Source of the DNA: Candidatus Saccharimonadota bacterium | GTDB taxonomy: Bacteria > Patescibacteriota > Saccharimonadia > Saccharimonadales > DTSZ01 | DNA length: 64,000 bases | Assembly: GCA_012965045.1 (NCBI GenBank) | Contig: DTSZ01000001.1 | Span: forward strand, 156,937 to 220,936 | Direction of reading: 5' to 3' | Shown here: piece after piece, positions 9,439 through 18,434 of the stretch | How the letters are laid out: each line of letters begins with the position of its first letter | Position numbering within the stretch: the stretch's first letter is position 1 | Notes under the pieces: generated by a model | What the model was told of the DNA's origin: nothing | The model's input: the letters and a program-made list of their open reading frames with translations, nothing else | The model's database searches: none | Position numbers and translations under genes: made by a program

Positions 9439-10239
9439 TTAGTTTAACTCTATGCTAACTGGACAATGATCGCTACCCATGACATTCTGGTGAATTTTTG
9501 CCGAAGTAAGTCTATCTTCAAGTCGCTTGCTTGCCAGGAAATAATCAATCCGCCAGCCTACGTTTCGATCGCGTGCTCCGCCCCATGCACTCCACCAGCT
9601 GTATTGTTCTGGTCGGTCATCGAATTTTCGGAAGGTATCGACAAAGCCCGCATCTAAGAAGTGCTCAAAGCCTTCGCGTTCTTCTTTAGTAAAGCCTTTT
9701 TTGCCTTCGTTTTGCTTTGGCCGAGCTAAATCAATTGGTTTATGAGCGACGTTTAAGTCACCGCAAAATATAACCGGCTTGTCGGCTTCGAGCTGCAGCA
9801 TGAATTCTAAAAACGATGGGTCCCAATGTTTATAGCGCATTGGTATTCGGCTTAAATCGTCTTTAGCGTTTGGCGTATAGACAGTAGCAAGCCAAAACTG
9901 GTCGTATTCGGCTGCTATTGCTCTCCCCTCCTTGTTGGTGTCGCCGTACTCGTCTTGGGTGCCGCCGTATTTTTGAGTAATTTCTAATGGAATATTCGGT
10001 ATAACCTGTTTTGGAGTTTCTTTACTAAGTATTAAGGTTCCGCTGTAACCTTTACGTTCTGCCGAATTCCATACTTGTTGGTAGCCAGGAATTTGCAAAC
10101 TCACTTGCTCTGGTTGAGCTTTGGTTTCTTGAATACACAAAATGTCCGGGTCATATGTACTAAAAAACGGATCAAACATATCTTTTCGTAGCACAGCTCT
10201 AATGCCGTTAACGTTCCAAGAAAATATATGCAAACTCAT
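9439..10239 (-). CDS. xth: Exodeoxyribonuclease III (AP endonuclease)
   Basis: SWNVNGIRA start, QETK, a GDLNVAH-type motif and a C-terminal SDHCPV. Confidence 0.9.
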   Translation of the reverse strand: MSLHIFSWNVNGIRAVLRKDMFDPFFSTYDPDILCIQETKAQPEQVSLQIPGYQQVWNSAERKGYSGTLILSKETPKQVIPNIPLEITQKYGGTQDEYGDTNKEGRAIAAEYDQFWLATVYTPNAKDDLSRIPMRYKHWDPSFLEFMLQLEADKPVIFCGDLNVAHKPIDLARPKQNEGKKGFTKEEREGFEHFLDAGFVDTFRKFDDRPEQYSWWSAWGGARDRNVGWRIDYFLASKRLEDRLTSAKIHQNVMGSDHCPVSIELN

Positions 10240-10289
10240 TACTCCTTAGTATATCAGCAAATACCGGCCAAGCTGCTATACTAGGACCA

Positions 10290-11012
10290 ATGTCAAAAAC
10301 ACAGTACAAAAGAGTTTTATTAAAGCTATCTGGCGAACAATTTGAAGGCAGTCGCGATCACGGCATTGACCCAGAATTTTTAAATTGGCTAAGTCAAGAA
10401 ATCAAACAGGCTAAAGAAACTGGCGCAGAAATTATTATTGTCGTTGGTGGTGGCAATATGGTTCGTGGTGCAGCCTTTGAGAAAAACGGCATTGAGCGAA
10501 CCGCCGCTGACTACATGGGCATGTTGGCCACACTTATTAACGGGGTTGCAATAACAAATACGCTCGAGGCAAATGGTATGCATGCTCGGTTAATGACTCG
10601 CTTGCGCACCGAAAGTGTAGCCGAGCCGTACATTCACCGCCGTGCTGTCAGGCACTTAGAAAAAGGCCGGATTGTAGTAATTGGCGGCGGCACTGGAAAC
10701 CCGTACGTAACTACTGACACCGCTAGCGTACAGGCAGCCGTAGAACTACACTGCGATGCAGTTTTAAAAGCTACAAAAGTAGACGGGGTGTACGACAAGG
10801 ACCCCGCCCAGCATGACGACGCTATAAAACACGACACACTCACCCATTCGCAGGCGCTAAAGTCCGACACTATTCGGGTAATGGATAAACCAGCTCTCGC
10901 CATGGCGACAGACAATAATCTTCCAATTGTAGTGTTTGACCTCTTGCGTGAAGGCAACATAAAACGTGTTATTGAGGGCGAGTCAGTCGGCACGGTAATA
11001 GCAGGCTCGTAG
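10290..11012 (+). CDS. pyrH: UMP kinase
   Basis: KRVLLKLSGE start, VVGGGN, and a GTGNPYVTTD-type motif. Confidence 0.9.
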   Translation: MSKTQYKRVLLKLSGEQFEGSRDHGIDPEFLNWLSQEIKQAKETGAEIIIVVGGGNMVRGAAFEKNGIERTAADYMGMLATLINGVAITNTLEANGMHARLMTRLRTESVAEPYIHRRAVRHLEKGRIVVIGGGTGNPYVTTDTASVQAAVELHCDAVLKATKVDGVYDKDPAQHDDAIKHDTLTHSQALKSDTIRVMDKPALAMATDNNLPIVVFDLLREGNIKRVIEGESVGTVIAGS

Positions 11013-11015
11013 TTT

Positions 11016-12656
11016 ATGTCAGCTCACACAGACCTTAATCTTCCCCGTTGGCAAGTTCGAATGTTAGAGGTTATTCCTGGGCTGCTAAGCTGGGGATTTT
11101 TAATCGGTATTTTTGTATTAAGCATTGTTTCAGTTGAGGCAGCTTCGTACGTAATCGTTGGGTATGCAATGTTATGGCTGTTTAAGATATTCGGCTACAG
11201 CCACCGCCTTGTTCGAGGCTACAGCTTAATGAGGGTATTGCAGGATTTCGACTGGAACGCCCGTCTTAAAGATTTAAAAAATCCTAATAAGGCTCTTGAT
11301 GCACTGCATAAAGAGCTGGAGTCAACTAAACAAAAAGCTGCACTGCTCAATTATAAAAAAGTATTGTTAAAAGCCCGCGACAATAGCCAAATTTTAGACC
11401 CTAAAGACGTTGTGCACGCCGTGATTGTTCCAACCTATAACGAGGACGGAGCAATTACCGAAGCAACAATCGAATCAATTCTAAAAAACAACTACGACAC
11501 TAAAAAGATACTGCTCGTTATCGCCTATGAAGAGCGTGGACCGCAGCATGTGCATAAAAGCTCTCAGGCAATAGTTAAAAAATATAAAAGCCGCTTTTTA
11601 GATGCCTGGGCAGTTATTCACCCAGACGGAATGCCAGGCGAAGCAAAAGCTAAAGCCGGTAACATTAATTATGCTGGTAGAAAAGTAGCTGCATGGGCAG
11701 CTGACAATAAAATCGAAGCAGAAAACGTTATTGTTACGACGCTCGACGCAGACAACCGCCCTGCCCCAACCTACTTTGCCTATCTAACGTACATATATTG
11801 TATTAGCGAAGACAGAGTTAAAAAATCTTATCAACCGATGGCGCTGTTTTTTAATAACATCTGGGATGCGCCAGCTATGACCCGCGTTATTGCCACCAAC
11901 AATAGTTTTTGGCTGCTTATGGAAGCAATGCGACCACAGCGGCTACGAAACTTTTCTTCACACGCGCAAAGCCTACAAGCGCTAAAAGACACTAACTTCT
12001 GGAATGAAAAATCAATTGTTGAGGATGGTCATCAGTATTGGCGCACCTATTTTACCTACGACGGCAAATATTCGGTCGTTCCACTGTACACTGCAATTTA
12101 TCAAGATGCCGTTTTAGCTAAAACTACACGTAAAACGTTTAGCGAACAGTTCAAACAAATTCAGCGTTGGGCGTGGGGCACGTCTGACACGCCGTATGTA
12201 ATGGTAAAAATGTATCGCAGCCGGGTCATACCCTGGCACGAAAAGTTTGTGAAGTTATTTAGGCAAATTGAGGGCTACTTTTCGTGGGCCACGGCGCCAA
12301 TCGTGCTGGCATTTGCTGGCTTTTTACCACTGTTATTTAGTCCTGACTCTGGCACGAGTATCGTTGCTGTACAGCTCCCTACTCTTGTTAGTCGTGTTCA
12401 GACTATCGCTCTTATCGGACTACTTGGTCCAATCATTGCTACGATGCTCGCCTTGCCGCCACGTCCTAAGCGAGTGCCACTGACGCGGCGAATTAGTATG
12501 TATCTGCAATGGGTATTGATTCCCGTTACCATGATCGGTTTTGGAAGTATCCCGGCGCTGAACGCTCAAACCCGACTGATGTTCGGTAAATATCTAGAGA
12601 GTTTTGCGGTTACCGACAAGTTCAGAAAAGACAAACCAACAGACCAAAAGTTTTAA
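11016..12656 (+). CDS. Membrane-embedded processive family 2 glycosyltransferase (polysaccharide synthase-like)
   Basis: VIVPTYNED, TLDADN and QRWAWG (QxxRW) motifs, flanked by TM helices. Confidence 0.75.
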   Translation: MSAHTDLNLPRWQVRMLEVIPGLLSWGFLIGIFVLSIVSVEAASYVIVGYAMLWLFKIFGYSHRLVRGYSLMRVLQDFDWNARLKDLKNPNKALDALHKELESTKQKAALLNYKKVLLKARDNSQILDPKDVVHAVIVPTYNEDGAITEATIESILKNNYDTKKILLVIAYEERGPQHVHKSSQAIVKKYKSRFLDAWAVIHPDGMPGEAKAKAGNINYAGRKVAAWAADNKIEAENVIVTTLDADNRPAPTYFAYLTYIYCISEDRVKKSYQPMALFFNNIWDAPAMTRVIATNNSFWLLMEAMRPQRLRNFSSHAQSLQALKDTNFWNEKSIVEDGHQYWRTYFTYDGKYSVVPLYTAIYQDAVLAKTTRKTFSEQFKQIQRWAWGTSDTPYVMVKMYRSRVIPWHEKFVKLFRQIEGYFSWATAPIVLAFAGFLPLLFSPDSGTSIVAVQLPTLVSRVQTIALIGLLGPIIATMLALPPRPKRVPLTRRISMYLQWVLIPVTMIGFGSIPALNAQTRLMFGKYLESFAVTDKFRKDKPTDQKF

Positions 12657-13949
12657 ATGAGTAAAAAGTTGAAATTTCCAGACGGTTTTTTGTGGGGTGC
12701 GGCAACCAGCGCTCATCAAATAGAAGGTGGCCAGCATAATGACTGGACAGAATGGGAGCCAACTGTTTCTAAACGATTGGCGCGCGAAGCCCCAGCGCGG
12801 CTGAAAGAACTTGTTTATAACTGGGCTGATGTACGTGACGAAGCCAAAGACCCAAACAACTATATTTCGGCAAAAGCAACCGACCACTTTACTCGCTATA
12901 AAGAAGACATTAAAAATTTAAGCAAGCTTGGCTTAAACAGTTTTGCGTTTTCTATTGAATGGTCACGAATCGAACCAGAACCAGGAATTTTCAACCACGA
13001 AGCAATGCAGCATTATGTTGACGTCGTCGACACCTGTCTTGAGCATGGCGTAGCGCCGGTAATTACACTGCATCATTTTACTAATCCAGTATGGTTCGCT
13101 GGCTGGCACGAACGACATGCACCAACAGCATTCGAAAAATATGCACAGTACGTTTTTGACGCAATTGGCGCTAAGGCTAAGTATTGGATAACCATAAACG
13201 AACCAAGCGCAGTTATTTTTATGCGCTATTTAAAGGGTGACGTCTGGCCGGCTTGGCCTAAGGCCGAAAACAACATTTTTAGAGCTTTATTTGCGTATCG
13301 AAACATGGTTCGAGCTCACCGACGCTCCTACAACTACATGAAAGCCCAAAAACCATCTGTTAAGGTTGGCTTTGTGCATGGCTGGGTGGAGTTTATTAAT
13401 AAAGGTAAGGTCGTATCTAAACTGCTTACTCAATTTATTTCTTGGATTAATAACAAAGCAATTCATAGGCCCATACACAAACATATCGACTTCGTAGCCC
13501 TGCACTACTATTTGGCAGCTGATGTAAAAGTTGGTTTATCGTGGCCGTCAAAGTGGGTCAGTCAGTACGGTCAACATAGTCAGTTAAAGACTCAAAAGGG
13601 TTGGCAGGTTTATCCTGAGGGTATTCAAACGGCAATCTCCTCTTTGCATTCTCATTACGGCTTACCGATTTTTGTCACAGAAAACGGTATTTCAGATAGC
13701 TCTGACACCTACCGCCAACAATTTATTGCTCAACACCTAAAACATATTCATGGTGCAATCGAATCTGGCGCAGAGGTTACGGGGTACCTGTATTGGTCGT
13801 TATTAGATAATTTTGAGTGGAGCGAGGGATACTGGGAAAAGTTTGGCTTATTTGCAGTTGACCCTAAGACTAAAGAGCGTTCAGCACGGGGCAGTGCGAA
13901 GTGGTATGGGCAGGTTGCTAAAAATAACTTTTTAGAAATTGATTCTTAA
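12657..13949 (+). CDS. GH1 beta-glucosidase
   Basis: FLWGAATSAHQIEGG start, TINEP (acid/base Glu), TENG (nucleophile Glu), and a WSLLDNFEW tail. Confidence 0.9.
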   Translation: MSKKLKFPDGFLWGAATSAHQIEGGQHNDWTEWEPTVSKRLAREAPARLKELVYNWADVRDEAKDPNNYISAKATDHFTRYKEDIKNLSKLGLNSFAFSIEWSRIEPEPGIFNHEAMQHYVDVVDTCLEHGVAPVITLHHFTNPVWFAGWHERHAPTAFEKYAQYVFDAIGAKAKYWITINEPSAVIFMRYLKGDVWPAWPKAENNIFRALFAYRNMVRAHRRSYNYMKAQKPSVKVGFVHGWVEFINKGKVVSKLLTQFISWINNKAIHRPIHKHIDFVALHYYLAADVKVGLSWPSKWVSQYGQHSQLKTQKGWQVYPEGIQTAISSLHSHYGLPIFVTENGISDSSDTYRQQFIAQHLKHIHGAIESGAEVTGYLYWSLLDNFEWSEGYWEKFGLFAVDPKTKERSARGSAKWYGQVAKNNFLEIDS

Positions 13950-13964
13950 ATAGATTTTAGTCAA

Positions 13965-14205
13965 GCTCTGCTTGCCATTACTCTTCCATTTTTGTCTCGT
14001 CAAAAACGGAAGCCAAAAACACGACCGCATTCATCACTCTTTATGTACTCATTGCTTAGAAATACAACGATCACAACAACGCCCAAGCGGTTTGGCTATA
14101 ATTTTATTGGATTACGCCAAACAAAGTTGTTCGCTCAAGTTGTATTTTAAGCATTCGGTACATCAGGAATGATTCAGAGCGGAAAGGGCTACAGTGTCGG
14201 CTTAC
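13965..14205. repeat. Structured intergenic element, copy B (partial, inverted relative to copies A and C)
   Basis: 13983-14170 aligns with the reverse complement of about 41290-41450. The alignment covers the cttccattttt...aaaaacggaag end module and the long hairpin 14054-14152 (gcttagaaatacaac / gttgtattttaagc). The other half of the element is missing. Confidence 0.5.
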
Positions 14206-14352
14206 AACTAAAACTAGTGAACAGATTCGTCTATTTAGCGATTATAGCCATAATTATAACCAGAAGTTATGCTAACTCGAATCAGCAAAGCTCATGCTTG
14301 CACAGTATATCGATACAGATGTATAAATATATATAATTAACTGCGAGATACT

Positions 14353-15294
14353 ATGAACCCTCAAGAATTACTAAGAACATTGGACGAGAAAGCAGTCGAA
14401 TTAGATAATAAACTCAAGCACGAGCAAGAGGAGCGAGAAGCGTTTGGCGAAATTAAGCGTGCCGTCGGTGTTGTCGTAGAGCAAGCCAGCGCGAGTTGGA
14501 GTGCAATTAGCGAACTTGTCGATGTTACGCGTGCTGCCTATCAGTCTGCTTACGATTTTACAATGGATCAGATTAAGGCTGCACCAGATTGTGATAACAA
14601 GCATCGAATTAGGTTTATGCGGTCTACATTAATACCTTTTATTCAGCCCGAAAGTGAGCCAGCTGACCGAATAGCATACGTTCAATATGAAGCTAACGAC
14701 CTCGGTTCAGAGATGTCGGCTACAATTTTCGCTGAGGTAGAAGATGATGCTTTTGATGAACGCGGTAAGCCACGAGTTGTAGGAGTATTCGATATTAACG
14801 GTGTACGAGTGCAAAAAATCGCAAAAGAATCAGTAACGATGCCTCCGCGAGAAGGTACAGATGCTGCAGAGACGGGTGTTGATTTAATAGAGCTTCAGAG
14901 ATTTTTCTCTGGTCAAATTAGCCCGAGATCTTTTGTTTGGGGGCAACATTTGAACGCAAAAAACAGAGTTAACCTACACGCCTATATGGAGACACTACAA
15001 AGTTTTCATGTTGCGGGCACCATCCCACCGGAAATTGACCCACGACTTGTAGACTATCACCCGACTGCTATTTATTATCAAACTCCGAGAGAAGTTCATT
15101 TTGGTAGGTTATTCTATGATGAGATGCCTGACGAAGGGTGGCGCCTGTCAGTTGTAGAAGGACGACTAACTATTCAAAAACAGGCTGACCCATCAGTTAC
15201 TGCACCCTTAGGCTTTTATGCTGAAGAGCACAATAATCTCAAGCAAAGTCTAGACAATGCAGTAGCTTTACCGCCGAAGCACCTCACTTTCTAA
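14353..15294 (+). CDS. Hypothetical protein (orphan, no recognised motif)
   Basis: 313-aa ORF with an ATG start, acidic, no TM helix. Sits directly after element copy B. Confidence 0.5.
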   Translation: MNPQELLRTLDEKAVELDNKLKHEQEEREAFGEIKRAVGVVVEQASASWSAISELVDVTRAAYQSAYDFTMDQIKAAPDCDNKHRIRFMRSTLIPFIQPESEPADRIAYVQYEANDLGSEMSATIFAEVEDDAFDERGKPRVVGVFDINGVRVQKIAKESVTMPPREGTDAAETGVDLIELQRFFSGQISPRSFVWGQHLNAKNRVNLHAYMETLQSFHVAGTIPPEIDPRLVDYHPTAIYYQTPREVHFGRLFYDEMPDEGWRLSVVEGRLTIQKQADPSVTAPLGFYAEEHNNLKQSLDNAVALPPKHLTF

Positions 15295-15365
15295 GCATAT
15301 ATATATTGGCGTATTTTTTTGCATTCCACAGAATATTGCCAAATATCAAATTAAAGCTAAATAAA

Positions 15366-17111
15366 TTATTGAACAGATTCAATCACCTGCTCTAGGTAAC
15401 TTGAATCATCAAACTCTTGGGCGTACCAATACCAAAATTCTAATCCCCATAGCCAAATTTCTTTCATGCCAGTTTGCTGGGCGTAGTTTATGTTTCGCTC
15501 TAGTTCATCGGGGCTAAAATAGCGATCAACCTCATTCTTGCTTAATTCGGCGATTGTTTCCGGTGGCCATGGTTCTGTTTGCAGCTCGTGAATGAACGCA
15601 TCGGTCCCGTGCTGCCACTGCACTATTTGTGCCCTAAAGCCATGCCACCAACTTGGCACGTACCAAAAGTCCCAGCTCCAGGTTTTGTTAAATGCATCAA
15701 AATGCGCCTCTTTGTATACAGAAAAACCCGTTCTATCCCCTGTCGGCTCACGTAATGGCCAGCCCGACTGATTGCTGGTATTAATGCTAATCGGCTTTTG
15801 ACTAAGCTGATTAATTAGCTGGTATTTTTCTTCATGGAACGCAGCGTCAAACGACGGACACTCACCAAAGTTTCGATTGGCGCTTTCGTTTTCAAGTTGC
15901 CATGAGGTGACTGTGGCGTTGAATCTGTAGCGCTGTACTGCAGCTTCTATAAATTGTAATTCTTGTTTACGCTGCTCTGTTTCTGGGAGCGACTCTAGCC
16001 AGTTCGGTGTATGGCATTCTGGCCAGCGCGGTTGCCGCAACCCCACTACGAGGGTGGCTGTTTTTTGGTTTTCGGACAGTATATCTAATTGGGTATCAAT
16101 CTCGGTAAAATCATACTCGCCCGACGATGGCTCCGTCCTATCCCAGTAGGACATTAAGCGGTAGTGCGGTATTGGAAGCTGGCTGGCGCTTTGCTCTAAG
16201 GTTTGTTGCCAATCTAAGCCGAGTTGCTCAGCTTGAGGAATAGAAAAACTAACACCAAATTTTTGCTCTCCCTGAGCGGAGTATGAATTGCCGATTAAGA
16301 AAATAATAAATACGAGGCTAACTACTACAATCAGAAGCCTCGTGATCCAGCGTATTTTTTTATTTTTACCGTAATGTCCAAATTCGAACGTATCAACTTT
16401 TTTTAAGCCAAGCTTCTTGCCTGTCATCCACTGGAAATTCCTTAGTAAATTAACCATCCTACCATCTTGTTTCATGCGACGGTTTGAAGCCGTAACTTTG
16501 ATGCCGTCGACAAAGTGAGGTCGTTTGGAGTGTTTCGCGACTCGGCGGGCGTAGTCAACGTCTTCGCCTACGGTAAGTTCATCTTTAAAACCATGGACTT
16601 TTTTATGGAGCTCTTTTGTGACAAACATGCATGCGCCAGACATAAGTGGGCTTTTTGATTGAAATTGTTTTTTAAACCAGTCTGAGCCGCCTTTGTAAAT
16701 TGACTTGTCAATCAAATTCCAACCCGATATGCGGTAGTTAGTAGTCATCATGTCTGCATTGTGTGCTGAACGGTGGTCCATCATCGTCTTAACAAAATTC
16801 GGTTTTATGCGAATATCGGCATCAAGAAAAATGTAGTAGTTGCCGCGTGCAATCTTTGCGCCGCCATTCCGTCCATGACCAGCACTCATTCGCTCCACCA
16901 CAGTCGTACGCAGGTCTAATCTATTGTTAAAGCTTTTAGCAACCTCAAGTGTTGCGTCGTCAGAGCTAGAGTCACTAACTATTACTTCAAAGTCGGTAAA
17001 CGTTTGCTGAGTAAGGTCTTTAAGAAGCAGCCCAATATAGTGCTCTTCGTTTAAGGTTGGGATGATTATTGAAAGCAGTGGTTTTTTTGTAGCTTGTTTC
17101 TTTTTTACCAT
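15366..17111 (-). CDS. Fusion protein: N-terminal GT2 glycosyltransferase, TM helix, C-terminal clan GH-A-like glycoside hydrolase domain
   Basis: SIIIPTLNE and FLDADI motifs in the N-terminal part, a TM helix near residue 260, and WQLENE (NE acid/base-like) in the C-terminal TIM-barrel-like part. Confidence 0.6.
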   Translation of the reverse strand: MVKKKQATKKPLLSIIIPTLNEEHYIGLLLKDLTQQTFTDFEVIVSDSSSDDATLEVAKSFNNRLDLRTTVVERMSAGHGRNGGAKIARGNYYIFLDADIRIKPNFVKTMMDHRSAHNADMMTTNYRISGWNLIDKSIYKGGSDWFKKQFQSKSPLMSGACMFVTKELHKKVHGFKDELTVGEDVDYARRVAKHSKRPHFVDGIKVTASNRRMKQDGRMVNLLRNFQWMTGKKLGLKKVDTFEFGHYGKNKKIRWITRLLIVVVSLVFIIFLIGNSYSAQGEQKFGVSFSIPQAEQLGLDWQQTLEQSASQLPIPHYRLMSYWDRTEPSSGEYDFTEIDTQLDILSENQKTATLVVGLRQPRWPECHTPNWLESLPETEQRKQELQFIEAAVQRYRFNATVTSWQLENESANRNFGECPSFDAAFHEEKYQLINQLSQKPISINTSNQSGWPLREPTGDRTGFSVYKEAHFDAFNKTWSWDFWYVPSWWHGFRAQIVQWQHGTDAFIHELQTEPWPPETIAELSKNEVDRYFSPDELERNINYAQQTGMKEIWLWGLEFWYWYAQEFDDSSYLEQVIESVQ

Positions 17112-17114
17112 CTT

Positions 17115-17744
17115 CTATCTTCCATCTTCCGTGCCGCCAGCCGCTTGTGTTTCTTCGCTTCCGTACTGATTCACCTCAATATCGCACCCCGCCCACAAAC
17201 CGCGTTGCTGGGTGCGAGCGGTTGTTTCAAGTTGTTTGAATTCTTCTAGCTTGCCGTGCGCATACGTAACGGGTGCAAATCCGTATCCCTGAGCAACGAT
17301 CTCTGCGTTTACATTTGTTCCGTCTGGCAAATAAACATAACGCAGCAACCGATTGTAAATGTCGCGATTATCGCTCTCTGGATCGGCTTCGAGTCGAACA
17401 TTGTTATCGCCAATAAGCTCTGTTGTAAAGTTCGAAGCTGCTTGGCCAAAACATTGGACTGGTTTTTGCGGGTGATGAGTTTCTGGGGTGTCGACACCAA
17501 TAAAGCGAATTGTTTGCTCTTCCCCGCTCATTAACACCGTTATTGTGTCGCCATCGCTGACAGAAACCACTTGGTATGTGCCGGGTGGGGTTTGCTGTAG
17601 CTGAGTTTGGGTCGATTCAGCATTAAATATCCAAATTCCAAAAGCTAGCACAATAACTATAAAATAGTAGCTAAGACTTTTCTTGCGTGATCTACCAAAT
17701 AGCAACCGCATTATTTTAGAAGCTGCTGGAATCGACTTTTGCAT
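17115..17744 (-). CDS. Membrane-anchored thermonuclease (staphylococcal nuclease family)
   Basis: DGDTITV...RFIGVDTPE...YNRLLRYVY...G motifs of SNase, with an N-terminal TM helix. The ORF is open to 17798; the ATG at 17744 avoids overlap with the upstream small ORF. Confidence 0.8.
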   Translation of the reverse strand: MQKSIPAASKIMRLLFGRSRKKSLSYYFIVIVLAFGIWIFNAESTQTQLQQTPPGTYQVVSVSDGDTITVLMSGEEQTIRFIGVDTPETHHPQKPVQCFGQAASNFTTELIGDNNVRLEADPESDNRDIYNRLLRYVYLPDGTNVNAEIVAQGYGFAPVTYAHGKLEEFKQLETTARTQQRGLWAGCDIEVNQYGSEETQAAGGTEDGR

Positions 17745-17767
17745 ACCTACAGTATAACTGCTTACGT

Positions 17768-17944
17768 CTATTCTTGCGTTGCGAGAAATCCGAGCCAAAG
17801 CCCAAATACGTAGTCTTCGACGGCGTTTAGCTTATTAGCAGCTAGCTCAGTCAGACGTTCGGCTTCGGCGATTACCGTAGCAGGATTAATAAGTTGATCT
17901 TCAAAAACAATCAATCCGTTGTGAACGTCTCCATTACGCGGCAT
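17768..17944 (-). CDS. Small ORF (58 aa), third of a chain of three upstream of the nuclease
   Basis: ATG at 17944, 2 nt after the stop of the preceding small ORF. No recognised motif. Confidence 0.3.
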   Translation of the reverse strand: MPRNGDVHNGLIVFEDQLINPATVIAEAERLTELAANKLNAVEDYVFGLWLGFLATQE

Positions 17945-17946
17945 AG

Positions 17947-18075
17947 TTAGTCCTTGCCTGCTATAAGCCACATGGTGCGGCGTTCGCTTGATACTAATTG
18001 TGACGTAGTTTTTATCTTTGAGTTCTGATGGCTTTTCATTTGTTTCCTTGAGTTTTCGGCGAGTTGAGGCGCCAT
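17947..18075 (-). CDS. Small ORF (42 aa), basic
   Basis: My own translation gives MAPQLAENSRKQMKSHQNSKIKTTSQLVSSERRTMWLIAGKD. It starts 1 nt after the stop of the preceding small ORF. Confidence 0.25.
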   Translation of the reverse strand: MAPQLAENSRKQMKSHQNSKIKTTSQLVSSERRTMWLIAGKD

Positions 18076-18076
18076 T

Positions 18077-18202
18077 TTATTGTGTGCTAAGTTCTACTGC
18101 TTGTGCACCGCTTGCGAGTGCAATTTTTTTTAATTCTTCTTGCAGCGCTTCATTGTTAAGTTGGCGCTGTATCCAGCTGTACTCCATCCCCCTTTGTGTC
18201 AT
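18077..18202 (-). CDS. Small ORF (41 aa)
   Basis: My own translation gives MTQRGMEYSWIQRQLNNEALQEELKKIALASGAQAVELSTQ. It is preceded by an aaagaaagga RBS-like stretch. Confidence 0.25.
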   Translation of the reverse strand: MTQRGMEYSWIQRQLNNEALQEELKKIALASGAQAVELSTQ

Positions 18203-18220
18203 AACGGGTCCTTTCTTTAC

Positions 18221-18262
18221 TGAAATTAAAAGACCCGGGATTCTTGGTTGAAGTCCCGGGTG
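18221..18262 (-). terminator. Rho-independent terminator candidate
   Basis: On the minus strand, acccggga-N13-tcccgggt (8-bp GC-rich stem) is followed by cttttaattt. Confidence 0.6.
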
Positions 18263-18285
18263 ATTAATTTCTTTTGTATGTTATT

Positions 18286-18390
18286 TTATCGGTTTGGAAC
18301 TTCAACCATAGCGCTTGCTGGCACCACAATAATCAGACCAATCATCTTGGCTACTGAATGTATGTAGTGTGCAAAGGCTGAAATAACCAT
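18286..18390 (-). CDS. Stand-alone 34-codon hydrophobic peptide ORF
   Basis: My own translation gives MVISAFAHYIHSVAKMIGLIIVVPASAMVEVPNR. An AT-rich TATA-like upstream region precedes it and the terminator at 18221-18262 follows it. Confidence 0.25.
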   Translation of the reverse strand: MVISAFAHYIHSVAKMIGLIIVVPASAMVEVPNR

Positions 18391-18434
18391 AGCTATAGTA
18401 ATACTCTTATTTATATATTTTTGTCAAATGGTGC

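Noticed and set aside
13972-14172. 66-aa ORF inside element copy B
   Set aside because: It lies within the non-coding repeat homologous to rc(C) and has no conserved frame.
18018-18251. 77-aa plus-strand ORF
   Set aside because: It has a Ser/Cys/Phe-rich improbable composition. It lies opposite a chain of tightly abutting minus-strand small ORFs and spans a minus-strand terminator.
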